64,000 bases of DNA from Candidatus Aminicenantes bacterium (GCA_963822075.1 CAWGGP010000001.1:231844-295843), one strand, 5' to 3'. Positions 15,739 through 26,653 are shown, counted from the stretch's first letter. A program made the numbers and translations. Notes: a model not told the origin generated them from the letters alone.

Positions 15739-15815
15739 CGTAGGGGCGACCCGCTGGGTCGCCCTGGCGGACGGCATTGGAACGATATCAGGGCGTTCCC
15801 ACAAACGCTCATACG
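15739..15815. repeat. REP-like palindromic element copy 3 (right TIR degenerate)
   Basis: Sequence identity to copy 1 over about 60 nt. Confidence 0.7.
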
Positions 15816-15845
15816 GACCATCCACTGAAAAATAATCGTGAATCC

Positions 15846-15895
15846 CGTAGGGGCTACTTGTCGGGTCGCCCTGATCAAGATCATCCGGCATTCAG
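15846..15895. repeat. REP-like palindromic element copy 4 (partial/degenerate)
   Basis: GTAGGGGCtacttgtcGGGTCGCCC hairpin with mismatches. Confidence 0.5.
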
Positions 15896-15916
15896 GACAT
15901 TTCACCTCCCATTCGG

Positions 15917-17296
15917 GTGGAAACGCTCCCTTGCCGGGCGGGTTGGATCGTGATATCCTTGATCTTGCATCCCCAAACCCCCGAACTCACCCGCAGGAAG
16001 ATCGCCGCCTTCTGGCTGCCCCTGTTTTCCACCTGGCTGATGATGGGGGTGGAGGGGCCCTTCATCGCGGCCATCATCGCCCGCCTCGGCGACCCCACCT
16101 TCAACCTGGCGGCCTTCGGCGTGGCCTTTTCGCTGGGCATGTTCTTCGAAGCGCCGATCATCATGATGCTCAGCGCCACCAACGCCCTGGTGAAGGGCCG
16201 CCAGACCTACCTCAAGCTGCGGCGCTTCAACAACGCCCTGAACATGCTGATCACCCTGGCCATGCTGCTCGTCCTGCTGCCCCCGGTTTTCTTCTGGCTG
16301 ACCGAGAGGCTCATCGGCATGCCGCCGGCGGTGGCGCGCCTGACCCGCCAGGCCACCCTCCTCCTCATCCCCTGGCCGGCGGCGATCGGCTACCGCCGCT
16401 TCTACCAGGGCATGCTTATCGGCAACCACCTGCCGCACCGGGTGGCTTTCGGCACGCTGGTGCGTCTCGGCTCCATGGCGGGCACGGCGCTGCTGCTCTA
16501 CCTTTTTTCGTCATTGCCCGGCGCCTGCGTGGGCACGGCGGCCCTGGCGGCGGGAGTGGTCATGGAGGCGCTGGCCAGCCGCGTCATGGCCGGGCCGCTG
16601 GTCCGCAAATTGCTGGCCGCCCCTGAGATGGACGGGGCGAAGTCATTGAATAACCGCGAACTGGCCGCCTTCTATTTCCCGCTGGCGCTGACCTCGCTCC
16701 TGGGGCTGGCGGTCCATCCCATGATGGCGTTCTTCATGGGCAAGAGCCGCCTGCCCATCGAGTCGCTGGCCGTGCTGCCCGTGGTCAACTCCCTGACCTT
16801 CGTTTTCCGCAGCGCCGGCCTCTCCTTCCAGGAGGCGGCGATCGCCCTGCTGAAAAAGGGCGGGGAGGGGTACCGGAGCCTGCGCTCGTTCGCCTGGGTG
16901 CTCGGCAGCGCCGCCTCGGGGCTCCTGGCCGTGATCGCCTTTTCGCCGGCGGTGACCTGGTGGTTCCACGGCGTGTCGGGGTTGTCGCCGGAGCTGGCCG
17001 GGCTGGCCGTCCTGCCCATCCGCATCTTTGCCGTCATACCGGCGCTGGAGGTCCTGCTGGCCTTCCAGCGCGCCCGGTTGGTGGTGGGCCAATGCACGCA
17101 TCCGATCACCAAGGCCACGGCGATCGAAGTGGCGGTCATCGCCGCGGTCCTGCTGCTGGCGGTGTCTCGAACCGGCCTGGTCGGCGTGACCGCTGCCGCG
17201 CTGGCGGCGGTCGGCGGGCGCTGCTGCGCCATCGCTTATCTTCACCTGGCCGGCCGCAAGTGGGATCGTTCGCCGGCGGGCGGGATTTCGGCCTGA
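15917..17296 (+). CDS. MOP-superfamily (MATE-like) polytopic membrane transporter; true start uncertain (probably internal, about 15950-16040)
   Basis: 12 predicted TM helices, MATE-like N-terminal FWLPLFSTWLMM motif. Confidence 0.6.
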   Translation: METLPCRAGWIVISLILHPQTPELTRRKIAAFWLPLFSTWLMMGVEGPFIAAIIARLGDPTFNLAAFGVAFSLGMFFEAPIIMMLSATNALVKGRQTYLKLRRFNNALNMLITLAMLLVLLPPVFFWLTERLIGMPPAVARLTRQATLLLIPWPAAIGYRRFYQGMLIGNHLPHRVAFGTLVRLGSMAGTALLLYLFSSLPGACVGTAALAAGVVMEALASRVMAGPLVRKLLAAPEMDGAKSLNNRELAAFYFPLALTSLLGLAVHPMMAFFMGKSRLPIESLAVLPVVNSLTFVFRSAGLSFQEAAIALLKKGGEGYRSLRSFAWVLGSAASGLLAVIAFSPAVTWWFHGVSGLSPELAGLAVLPIRIFAVIPALEVLLAFQRARLVVGQCTHPITKATAIEVAVIAAVLLLAVSRTGLVGVTAAALAAVGGRCCAIAYLHLAGRKWDRSPAGGISA

Positions 17297-17311
17297 CTTG
17301 AGGCCGCGCTT

Positions 17312-18082
17312 TCAGCCTTTGCTCAGGAGGTCGTAAAGGACTTTCCCGAACAACAGCAGCAGGGTGAAAAGGAAGACGGGGCGGATCAGCGAGCTGCCGC
17401 GGCGGATGACCAGCTTGGCGCCGAGCAGGTTGCCGGCGATGCCCACGACGGCGGCGGGGACGCCGATGGCAAATATCACCTTGCCGTGGGCGATGAACGT
17501 GACCACGGCGGCGACGTTGGATGCCAGGTTGACCACCTTGGTGTTGGCGTTGGCCGTGACGAAATCGTATTTCAGCGCCAGGGTGAAGAACAGGATCAGG
17601 AACATCCCCATGCCTGGCCCGAAGAACCCGTCGTAAAAACCGAGGAGCAGCGCCGCCGGCGCGGCCAGCAAATATTTCCGCTGCATGGATTGACGGTGCG
17701 AATGGTTTTCCCGGCCCAGCGAGCGGTTGGTCAGGGTGAGGACGGCGACCAGCGGGATCAGCACCACCAGCAGGATGCGCAGGAAACCGGGGCTCAGCAA
17801 AAGCACGGCGCTGCTGCCCAGGAAAGACCCGATCAAGGCGAAAAAGGCGCTGAGCAGGGCCACGCGCACGTCGATCATCCCGTGCTGATGGTAACGCAGG
17901 GTGGCGAACAGGGTGCCGAAGCTGGAAGAGAACTTGTTGTTGCCCAGGACGAAGTGCGGCGGCAGGCCGGCCGCCATGTAGGCGGGGACGGACAGCAGCC
18001 CGCCGCCGCCGGCGATGGAATCCACCAGCCCGGCGAGGAAGACCGCCGGCAGGACGATAAGATAGATGTGGAACAGGTTCAT
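17312..18082 (-). CDS. TSUP-family (TauE/SafE) anion exporter
   Basis: Duplicated 4-TM halves with GGGGxL motifs. Confidence 0.75.
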   Translation of the reverse strand: MNLFHIYLIVLPAVFLAGLVDSIAGGGGLLSVPAYMAAGLPPHFVLGNNKFSSSFGTLFATLRYHQHGMIDVRVALLSAFFALIGSFLGSSAVLLLSPGFLRILLVVLIPLVAVLTLTNRSLGRENHSHRQSMQRKYLLAAPAALLLGFYDGFFGPGMGMFLILFFTLALKYDFVTANANTKVVNLASNVAAVVTFIAHGKVIFAIGVPAAVVGIAGNLLGAKLVIRRGSSLIRPVFLFTLLLLFGKVLYDLLSKG

Positions 18083-18109
18083 GTCATTGCCTGGCCGCGG
18101 CTGCCGCGG

Positions 18110-19996
18110 CTATCCTTTCCCGAAATGATCGTGCCAGAGGTGGAACTGGATCAGCGCCCAAAGCCGATGGGAGTGGTTTTCCCGGTTCTGCAGGTGCTCA
18201 CGGATCAGGCCCTGGATATAGGGATAGGAAAAATAGCCCATGTCGTTGATCTTTTTTTCCGACAGGGTTTCCAGCATCAATTCCTTCAGCTCGTTCCTGA
18301 GCCAGTTTTTGATGGGGATGGAAAAGCCCTGTTTCTGCCGGTTGAGGATCTTTTCGTCCAGGATGCCGGCCATGGCTTTCTTGAAAAACCACTTGCTGGT
18401 GCCGCCCCTGACCTTCCAGCCGGGGGGCAGCGAGAACGCGAATTCCACCAGCTTGCGGTCCAGGAGCGGGGCGCGCGCTTCCAGGGAAGCGGCCATGCTC
18501 ATGCGGTCGACCTTGACCATGATGTCGTCGGCGAGGTAGGTTTTGAAATCCAGGTACAGGTCCTGGTTGATCCCGGCGAACCTGCGGCCGCGCTGAAAGA
18601 ACGTCTGGAACGGTTCCCGCTCGGGCAGGTCCAGCAGGAAGCTCTCGCGCAGGAAAGAAGGGGCGTAGAGGCGGGTTTTCTGCAGCGCCGTCAGAAAGAG
18701 CATCCAGCGGAAATGACGGTTCGCCGGCGCGTTGGCCAGCCCTTCGGCGAAGCGCTTGCCGCGGTTCACCCAGCCCTTTTTCAATTGCGAGGGAGGCAGC
18801 AGGCGCTGGGCTCCGGAGATCAGACCTTTCAGCGGCCTCAAGGGGGAATGGTCGACGCAGCGGGCGAGCTTCTGCGCCAGGTAATGCTCGTAGCCGCCGA
18901 AGATCTCGTCGCCCCCGTCGCCGGACAGGGCGACGGTCACCTTCTCCCTGGCGGTGCAGGAGACCAGGTAGGTGGGGAAGTTGGAGAAATCGCCCAGCGG
19001 CTCGTCCAGGATCCCGGCCAGGCGCTGCACCAGGTCGCGGATGTCGGCATGGAGCTCTTTTTCGTAGTGTTCGGTCTTGAAGCGGGCGGCGACCATCCTG
19101 GCGTAGGGCAGTTCGCTGTAGGACTTTTCCTCGAAGCCGATGGAGAACGTCTTGATCGGCAGCGGCGAGATCTTCGCCATCATGGCCACGATGGCGCTGG
19201 AGTCGATGCCGCCTGACAGGAAGGCACCCAGCGGCACGTCGGAGATCATGCGCAGGCGCACCGATTCCTCGAGCAGGCCGAGAAACTCGTCACGGGCGTC
19301 GGCGAAGGAACGAGGGGGCGAGCCCGGCTCGATGTCCCAGAACTCGCTCAGCTTGACGGCGCCGTTCTCATAGACCAGCAGGTGGCCGGCGGGCAGCTTC
19401 TTGACCGCCGCCAGAATGGAATAGGGGGCCGGGACGTATTCCAGGGTCAGGAAAAGATCCAGGGCTTCGGGGTCCACGTCGCGCTCGACGCCGGGGAATT
19501 GCAGGATGGACTTGATCTCCGAGGCGAAGACCAGGGTGCCGTTTTTTTTCAGGCAGTAGTACAGGGGCTTCTTGCCGACAGGATCCCGGGCCAGGACCAG
19601 GCGGTCGTTTTTTTGGTCGTAGATGGCCAGGGCGAACATGCCCCGCAGTTTTTTCACGAATTCCAGGCCGAATTCCTCGTAGAGGTCGACCACGATCTCC
19701 GTATCGCTCTGGCTGCGGAAGGTGTAGCCGCGGGCCTCGAGTTCCTGCCGCAATTGGGGAAAGTTGTAGACTTCGCCGTTGTAGGTGATCCAGGAGTTCC
19801 CCGAAAGCGACGGCAGCGGCTGGTGGCCGGTGGCCAGGTCGATGATGCTCAGGCGCCTGGCCGCCAGGCCGACGCTGCCTTTTTGAAAGAAACCTTCGTC
19901 GTCGGGACCGCGGTGGACGATGCAGTCGTTCATCCGCTTCAGGGTGCCGGCATCGGCCTCTTTTTCACATTGGTAAAAACCGCAGATTCCGCACAT
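18110..19996 (-). CDS. asnB: Asparagine synthase (glutamine-hydrolysing)
   Basis: N-terminal MCGICG nucleophile, SGGIDSS PP-loop. Confidence 0.9.
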   Translation of the reverse strand: MCGICGFYQCEKEADAGTLKRMNDCIVHRGPDDEGFFQKGSVGLAARRLSIIDLATGHQPLPSLSGNSWITYNGEVYNFPQLRQELEARGYTFRSQSDTEIVVDLYEEFGLEFVKKLRGMFALAIYDQKNDRLVLARDPVGKKPLYYCLKKNGTLVFASEIKSILQFPGVERDVDPEALDLFLTLEYVPAPYSILAAVKKLPAGHLLVYENGAVKLSEFWDIEPGSPPRSFADARDEFLGLLEESVRLRMISDVPLGAFLSGGIDSSAIVAMMAKISPLPIKTFSIGFEEKSYSELPYARMVAARFKTEHYEKELHADIRDLVQRLAGILDEPLGDFSNFPTYLVSCTAREKVTVALSGDGGDEIFGGYEHYLAQKLARCVDHSPLRPLKGLISGAQRLLPPSQLKKGWVNRGKRFAEGLANAPANRHFRWMLFLTALQKTRLYAPSFLRESFLLDLPEREPFQTFFQRGRRFAGINQDLYLDFKTYLADDIMVKVDRMSMAASLEARAPLLDRKLVEFAFSLPPGWKVRGGTSKWFFKKAMAGILDEKILNRQKQGFSIPIKNWLRNELKELMLETLSEKKINDMGYFSYPYIQGLIREHLQNRENHSHRLWALIQFHLWHDHFGKG

Positions 19997-20141
19997 GGAT
20001 CTTCTAGAACGGCCCCCCGTCCGCGGCCCCGGCCCCGCGGGCTGACGGGCCGGCAAAAAAGATCAGGAGAAAAAAATCCTTGTTAAAAATGAAATGCGGG
20101 CTTCGCGTTTCGATTTCGTGATGCGCCGGGTCGGGCGACCG

Positions 20142-20480
20142 TTATTTAAAGCTTTTTACGGCCTCGTCTTCGCTGTTGAAGGTCTCGAAGACGGTGATCA
20201 GCTTGGTCACCATCATCAGGTCCTTGACCTTGTTGCTCAGGTTCTCGATCTTGACCGCGCCGCCTTCTTTTTTCAGGGTGGTGTAGGAGCGGACGACCTC
20301 GCCCAGGCCGGTGGAATCCAGGTAGGGCACTTCGGCGAAATTCAGGATCAGCTGCTTTTCATTGTCCTTGATCGAAGCATTGATCGACTGCCGGAGCTCA
20401 TCGATCCCGTCGCCGAAAAGTATTTTTCCCTTGAGGTCAAAGATGGTGACGTTGCCTTTTTTTCTTTTTTCTATCTTCAT
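20142..20480 (-). CDS. STAS-domain protein (anti-sigma-factor antagonist SpoIIAA-like)
   Basis: YLDSTGLGEV pattern of STAS domains; about 113 aa. Confidence 0.65.
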   Translation of the reverse strand: MKIEKRKKGNVTIFDLKGKILFGDGIDELRQSINASIKDNEKQLILNFAEVPYLDSTGLGEVVRSYTTLKKEGGAVKIENLSNKVKDLMMVTKLITVFETFNSEDEAVKSFK

Positions 20481-20564
20481 TTTTTTCTCCTTTTGCAGCC
20501 TCGAAATCATTCTATATCATATTGCAAAAAATTTTTCAACACTTTTCGTGATCGGCGAAAAATT

Positions 20565-21633
20565 TTACCCCAGCGGCTCCAGCCGGTAATCGGGGTTGCC
20601 GAAGCCGATCTCGCGGGCGTAGTCGATCTGCACGCGGTGCGGGGATGTCGTAGGCCAGGGTGGTGAGAGCCCGGCCGGCCCTCTGTTCCACCAGGTCGAG
20701 CGAGGCGGCGTCCAGGGCGACGGGGTCCAGGGCCAGGAGAACGCCGATATCGGGGACGATCTTCTCGTAGCCGGGCATGCAGTCGCAGTCCTTGCTGATG
20801 CGGGTCAGGAAATTGATGTAGACCGCCTTGTCTTTCTTGGCGGCCGCCACCCCCCAGGCGTGCTCCACGATCTTGCGCTGCAGCTGCTCGTAGGTCGCCG
20901 ACCAGTTGTAGCCGACGGCGTCGAAACGGCAGACGGTGAGGCATTCGGCGCAGCCGATGCAGGTGAGCTTGTCGATCTGGGCGAAATGCTCCGCCATGGT
21001 GATGGCCTGGACCGGGCACCACTTGGCGCAGGCGCCGCAGGCGGTGCACTTTTTTTTCGCTATCGAGGGCTTGGCGGTCGAGTGCTGGGCCAGCTTGCCG
21101 CGGCGGCTGGCGCAGCCCATGCCCATGTTTTTCAGCGCCGCGCCGAAGCCCGACGCCAGGTGGCCGGTGAAATGGGAGACCACGACCAGCGCCTGGGCCT
21201 TGACGATCACCGAGGCGAGCTTGACCTTCTGGTAGATCCGGCCCGGCACCGGCACCTCCAGCTCCTCGTCACCCGACAAGCCGTCGGCCATGATCACGGG
21301 CATCCCGGTGTTCTCGAAGCCGAAACCGTGGCGCAGGGCCAGCTCCATGTGGCTGACGGCCTGGTTGCGCATGCCGCTGTACAGGGTGGAGGTGTCGGTC
21401 AGGAAGGGCAGGGCCTGGCGCTGCTTGGCCAGGGCGCCCAGCATCTTGAAATGGAGCGGGCGCACGTAGCCCTGCGTCCTTTCCTCGCCGAAATGGGTCT
21501 TGAAAGCCACCATGTCCTTGGGTTTGATGACCGAAAACAGGTCGTTGGCCGTGATCGCCGCCTCGAGTTTCCGGCAGATCTCCTCGTCGGGCTCGTTGTC
21601 GGCCACGGGTACGAAATAAACCGTCTCTTTCAT
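20565..21633 (-). CDS. DUF362-domain protein with 2x[4Fe-4S] ferredoxin insert; C-terminal frameshift near 20625
   Basis: CTACGACAKWCP and CIGCAECLTVC cluster motifs; correct C-terminus (…HRVQIDYAREIGFGNPDYRLEPLG*) is read in another frame. Confidence 0.7.
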
Positions 21634-21891
21634 GTCGCGCCGTCCTGTCGTGGAAATATTTTAATATTGTCAATCATATCGGCTTTCTTCGCGCTGGCTG
21701 GCTCCGGGCGCCGGCGCCGGGCCGCCAGGGTTCAGCAAAATGGTACCATCCCCGGCGAAAATGTCAATCACGGCCCTGAAAAAACGGCGCCGGCGTTTTT
21801 GGCTTTCCCGGCGGCAACCGTTTGAAATGCTCCATAACACTTGACTTTTCATTTTTCGTATGATACATCTTTGGACAAGCAGGAGGCCGCA

Positions 21892-22173
21892 ATGAATAAA
21901 AAATACCTGGCTGAGGATATCGCCAAGAGGATCTCCATAAAAAAGTACGAGGCCTACAATTTCATCGACCTGTTCATCGAGGTCGCCCTGGACAATCTCG
22001 GCAAGGGGCGCAAGCTCGTGCTTTCCAAATTCGGGACCCTGATCATCAAGAAGAAAAACAAGAAGCGGGTCATCAACCCCATCAACCGCGAAGCCATGAT
22101 CATCCCTCCGACCAAGATCGTGAAGTTCATCCCTTCCGAAAACTTGAAGAAAAGATTCGAGGGCAATGGCTGA
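21892..22173 (+). CDS. HU/IHF-family nucleoid-associated DNA-binding protein
   Basis: MNKKYLAEDIAKR… with GKGRKLVLSKFGTL and RVINPIN arm residues. Confidence 0.8.
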   Translation: MNKKYLAEDIAKRISIKKYEAYNFIDLFIEVALDNLGKGRKLVLSKFGTLIIKKKNKKRVINPINREAMIIPPTKIVKFIPSENLKKRFEGNG

Positions 22174-23258
22174 CTTCGGTGAAGAGCAGCTAAAAAGGAT
22201 CTCTTTTCACCTGCTGACCTTCCAGAACCCCAGGGCCAGGCAGCACGTGCTGCGCAACCGCGTCAAGATCGCCGACTTTTTCCGCCTGGAACCGCGGGAA
22301 CTCCAATTGACCGGGCTCTTCCCCGAAGAGATCAAGGCGGTGCGCGAGCGGAACTGGGCGGCGGCCGAAGTCGGAAGCGGCGCGGCTGAAAAAAAACAAT
22401 ATCGAGATCATTTTCAACGACGACGAGGATTTCCCGCCGCTGCTGGGCGAAATTTATGATCCCCCGGACCTCATCTATTTCATCGGCAACCGCGAGTTGC
22501 TCAAAAAACCCAAGCTGGCCGTGGTCGGTTCGCGGCGCGGCGGCGCGTACGGGCAGTTCGGCCCTGAACCGCGTCCTGCCCGCGTGCTGCCGGGCGGGGC
22601 TGGTCATCGTCTCGGGCATGGCCTTCGGCATCGATTCCATGGCCCACAAGGTGGCGCTGCGCGAGAAGGGGGGCACGCTGGGCGTCAACGCCGGCGGGCT
22701 GCTGCACCTGACCCCGCCGGGAAATTCGCTCCTGATCAGGAAGATCGTCGAGCTCGGGGGGATCATCAGCGAATTTCCGCTGGACGTGGCCCCGCCCGTT
22801 TCTTTTCCCCATCCGCAACCGCGTCATCTCCGGGGTGTCCCGGGCGGTGCTGGTGGTGGAGGCCGCCATGCGCAGCGGTTCCCTGATCACCGCCCGGCTG
22901 GCCCTGGACCAGAACCGCGAGGTCCTGGCCGTGCCCGGCAACATCGACTCGCTGCTGAGCCAGGGGACGAACTACCTGCTGCAGCAGGGCGCCAAGCTGG
23001 TCACCGAGGCCGCCGACCTGCTGGAAGAGTTCGGCCTGGAGGCCCTGGCCCCCAGGCGTTCGGCGGAGGTCCTTTCGGCCAAAGAAAAGAAAATACTTGA
23101 CTTGTGCGGTGAAAATGAGGTAAAAAGTATCGACTTTCTGGTTGAAAATCTCGATCTGTCAACCGCCGAGATCATTTCGCTGATCATGGGCCTGGTCCTG
23201 AAGAACCTGGTCGGTCGAAGAAGCGGGGGGCTACCGAAGGATATATCATGGCTAAAAA
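22166..23258 (+). CDS. dprA: DNA-processing protein DprA (Smf), at least 4 frameshifts at homopolymers (A8 near 22393, about 22550, about 22800, G6 near 23215)
   Basis: Segments LLGEIYDPPDLIYFIGN, LAVVGSRRGGAYGQ, GMAFGIDSMAHKVAL, RNRVISGVSRAVLVVEAAMRSGSLITA, C-terminal winged-helix-like tail found in different frames. Confidence 0.8.
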
Positions 23259-25341
23259 AACGCTGGTCATCGTCGAATCGCCGGCCAAGTCGCACACGAT
23301 ATCCAAGTATCTCGGCGATGACTTCGTCATCAGTTCGTCGATGGGGCATGTCCGCGACCTGCCGGCGGCGGTGCTGGGCATCGACCTGAAAAACAACTAC
23401 AAGCCCCATTACGAAGAACTGCCCGGCAAGGGGCCGCTGATCAAGGAACTGCGCAAGCAGGCCCGGGGCGCCGGCCAGATCCTCCTGGCCTCCGACCCCG
23501 ACCGCGAGGGCGAAGCCATCGCCTTTCACCTGCAGCAGCTCCTGCAGGGGGACAACAAGCACATTTTCCGCGTGCTGTTCAACGAGATCACCCGCGCCTC
23601 CATCCTGGAGGCGGTGAAAAAGCCCATGGCCATCGACGCCGACAAGGTCGACTCCCAGCAGATGCGCCGCCTGCTGGACCGGCTCGCCGGCTACAAGATC
23701 AGCCCGGTGCTGCAGAGGAAGATCGGCGGCCCGCTGTCGGCCGGCCGCGTGCAGTCCATCGCCCTCAAGATCATCGTCGAACGGGAAAAGGAGATCCGCG
23801 CCTTCGTTTCCCAGGAGTTCTGGACCGTCGCCGTCGAGCTGCTGGGCTCGCGCAAGCCCTCGTTCACCGCCAAGCTCGAAAAGTCCAAGGGCAAGAACAT
23901 CAAGATCGCCGACAAGGAAAGCTGCGGCGCCGTCCTGTCCGAGCTGCAGCTTCACGACTACATCCTGGACCGCATCCAGAAAAAATCGCGGAAAAGGAAG
24001 GCGCCGCCGCCCCTGATCACCTCCACCCTGCAGCAGGAAGCCTTCCGCCGCTTCAAGTTCCCGGTGAAAAAGACCATGCAGCTCGCCCAGCAGCTTTACG
24101 AGGGGCTGAACCTCCACGGCGGCGAGGCGACCGGCCTGATCACCTACATGCGCACCGACTCCTTCCGGGTCGCCGACCAGGCCCGCGACCAGGCCCGCGC
24201 CTTTATCGCGGACTCCCTGGGCAAGGACTTCCTGCCCGCGACCGCCAACGTGTTCAAGCGCAAGTCCAAGATCCAGGATGCCCACGAATGCATCCGGCCC
24301 ACCACCCCCTTTCATCCCCCCGACGACGTCAAGGCCGACCTGAACCCCGGCCAGATGAAGATCTACCAGCTCATCTGGGAACGGTTCTTCGCCTCGCAGA
24401 TGGCCGACGCCGAGATCGAGGAGACGCAGTTCGACGTCAAGAACGGGACGTACCTGTTCGTCACCAGGGGCGAGATCGTCAAGTTCAAGGGCTTCCTGGC
24501 CGTGCTGAAGAACGACAGCGAGCAGACCGTCCTGCCGCAGCTCCAGGAAAAAGAGGTCCTGCAGCTTTTGAAGACCGACGACAAGCAGAACTTCACCAAG
24601 CCGCCGGCGCGCTACAGCGAAGCCTCGCTGGTCAAGGTGCTCGAGGAGAAGGGCATCGGCCGCCCCTCGACCTACGCCAAGATCATCGAGACCCTGAACA
24701 AGCGGGAATACGTCTACAACGAGGAGAAGCGCTTCGTGCCCACCGACCTGGGCATCAAGGTGGTCGATTACCTGGAAGAAAATTTCAGCGACATCATGAA
24801 CTACAATTTCACCGCCGAGCTGGAAAAGGAGCTCGACCTGGTCGCCGACGGCAAGCTCGACTGGGTGGCCGGGATCGACCAGTTCTACAAGAAGCTGGCC
24901 GTGGACCTGGAAAAGGTCAAGGACGGCAAGAAGGTGGAGATGCTGACCGGCGGCAAGTGCCCCGACTGCGGCGGCGACCTGCTGAAGAAATATTCGCTGC
25001 GCACCCGGGGCTGGTTCGTGGGCTGTTCGAACTACCCGAGCTGCAAGTACACCGAGCGGGTGGCGCTGAACAACGAAAAGATCGACAAGGACGAGATCAT
25101 GGAGAAGCCCTGCCCCAAGTGCGGCAAGCCCCTGGTCAAGAGATATTCGCCCAAGACCCGGCAGTACTTCATCGGCTGTTCCTCCTACCCCGCCTGCCGG
25201 CACATCGAGAACAGCGCCGAAGAACTGGGGGCCTGCCCCCAGTGCGGCAAGCCCATGACCAAGAGGTTCTCGCGCAAGACCCGCCGCTATTTCGTCGGCT
25301 GCACCGGCTATCCCGAATGTAAATTCATACGAAAAGGGTGA
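23248..25341 (+). CDS. topA: DNA topoisomerase I with C-terminal Zn-ribbon repeats
   Basis: Toprim DPDREGE, catalytic Tyr region, three CxxC…CxxC zinc ribbons at C-terminus; start overlaps dprA stop (ATGGCTAA). Confidence 0.95.
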   Translation: MAKKTLVIVESPAKSHTISKYLGDDFVISSSMGHVRDLPAAVLGIDLKNNYKPHYEELPGKGPLIKELRKQARGAGQILLASDPDREGEAIAFHLQQLLQGDNKHIFRVLFNEITRASILEAVKKPMAIDADKVDSQQMRRLLDRLAGYKISPVLQRKIGGPLSAGRVQSIALKIIVEREKEIRAFVSQEFWTVAVELLGSRKPSFTAKLEKSKGKNIKIADKESCGAVLSELQLHDYILDRIQKKSRKRKAPPPLITSTLQQEAFRRFKFPVKKTMQLAQQLYEGLNLHGGEATGLITYMRTDSFRVADQARDQARAFIADSLGKDFLPATANVFKRKSKIQDAHECIRPTTPFHPPDDVKADLNPGQMKIYQLIWERFFASQMADAEIEETQFDVKNGTYLFVTRGEIVKFKGFLAVLKNDSEQTVLPQLQEKEVLQLLKTDDKQNFTKPPARYSEASLVKVLEEKGIGRPSTYAKIIETLNKREYVYNEEKRFVPTDLGIKVVDYLEENFSDIMNYNFTAELEKELDLVADGKLDWVAGIDQFYKKLAVDLEKVKDGKKVEMLTGGKCPDCGGDLLKKYSLRTRGWFVGCSNYPSCKYTERVALNNEKIDKDEIMEKPCPKCGKPLVKRYSPKTRQYFIGCSSYPACRHIENSAEELGACPQCGKPMTKRFSRKTRRYFVGCTGYPECKFIRKG

Positions 25342-26653
25342 AAAAGAAGATCGCGATCATCGGCGGCGGGCTGGCCGGCGCCGAAGCCGCCTACCAGGCG
25401 GCCAAACACGGCGTCGAGGTCGACCTGTACGAAATGCGGCCGCAGGTGATGACCGAGGCCCATGGCGGCGGCCTGCTGGCCGAGATGGTCTGCTCCAACT
25501 CCCTGGGCTCCCTGGAGACCACTTCCGCCTCCGGGCTGCTGAAGCGGGAGCTGCAGATGCTCGATTCCTTTTTCTGCGCCGCGCCGAGGCGGCGAGGGTG
25601 CCCGCCGGGGGCAGCCTGTCGGTCGACCGCCTGCGCCTCGCCGCCGACGTCACCGCCGAGCTGGAAGCCATGCCCGGCGTGCGCATCATCCGCGGCGAGG
25701 TCCGGGAGATCCCCGCCGGCGACGCCCCCCTGCTCATCGCCAGCGGGCCGTTGACCAGCCCCGCCCTGGCCCAGGCGCTCAGCGGCCTGACCCTGCGCAA
25801 GCACCTTTATTTTTTCGACGCCACCTGCCCGCTGCTGCGCGCCGAAAGCATCGATTTTTCCGAATTGTTCGCCGCCTCGCGCTATGAAAAAGGGGAGGCC
25901 GATTTCTGGAACATCCCCCTGGAAAAAGAGCCGTACGACGCCTTCGTGGCCGGGCTGGTCGCGGCCGAGACCGCCGAGGCCCGGGATTTCGAGAAAAAGA
26001 TCTTTTTCGAGGCCTGCCTGCCGGTGGAGGAGATCGCCCGCCGCGGCCCGCAGTCGCTGGCCTTCGGGCCGCTGAAGCCGGTCGGCCTGGTCGACCCGCG
26101 CAGCGGCCGCCGCCCGTACGCCGTGGTGCAGCTCCGCCAGGACGACCTGCAGAAGAACTTTTACCAGCTGGTCGGGTTCCAGACGCGGCTGAAACACGGC
26201 GAGCAGCAGCGGCTGTTCCGCACCCTGCCCGGGCTGGCCCACGCCGAGTTCGAGCGCTTCGGCCGCGTGCACCGCAACACCTACATCAACGCGCCCCTGA
26301 TCATCGACCGCTTTTCCCGGAGCAAGCTGAACGGCCGCGTCTATTTCGCCGGCCAGGTCTCCGGGGTGGAGGGCTACGTGGAGTCGGTCGCCTCGGGATT
26401 GCTCTGCGGCCTGTTCGCCGTCCAAGACGCGCTGGGGCTGGAGCGCCGCGAGCTGCCCGCGACCACCGCCTGCGGCTCGCTGCTGGCGTACATCGCCCAG
26501 GCCAACTGGCAGGATTTCCGGCCCAGCAAATTCACCTTCGGCCTGCTGCCCGACAGCGGGGTGGAGTGCCGCGACAAGAAGAGGAAAAAGGAGCTGAAAG
26601 CCGAAAGGGCCTGCGAGGCGATGGGGCAATGGATAAAGAACTCCGCGATCTGA
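25338..26653 (+). CDS. trmFO: Methylenetetrahydrofolate--tRNA-(uracil-5-)-methyltransferase TrmFO (Gid), frameshift near 25575
   Basis: FAD-binding IIGGGLAGAEAA N-terminus, remainder of TrmFO in the next frame. Confidence 0.85.

Noticed and set aside
17690-18190. Shared peptide RENHSHR in the TauE/SafE exporter and at the AsnB C-terminus, suggesting a DNA repeat
   Set aside because: The underlying DNA (cgggaaaaccattcgcaccgtc vs cgggaaaaccactcccatcggc) matches only about 18/22 with no extended flanking similarity. Treated as coincidence in GC-biased codons.
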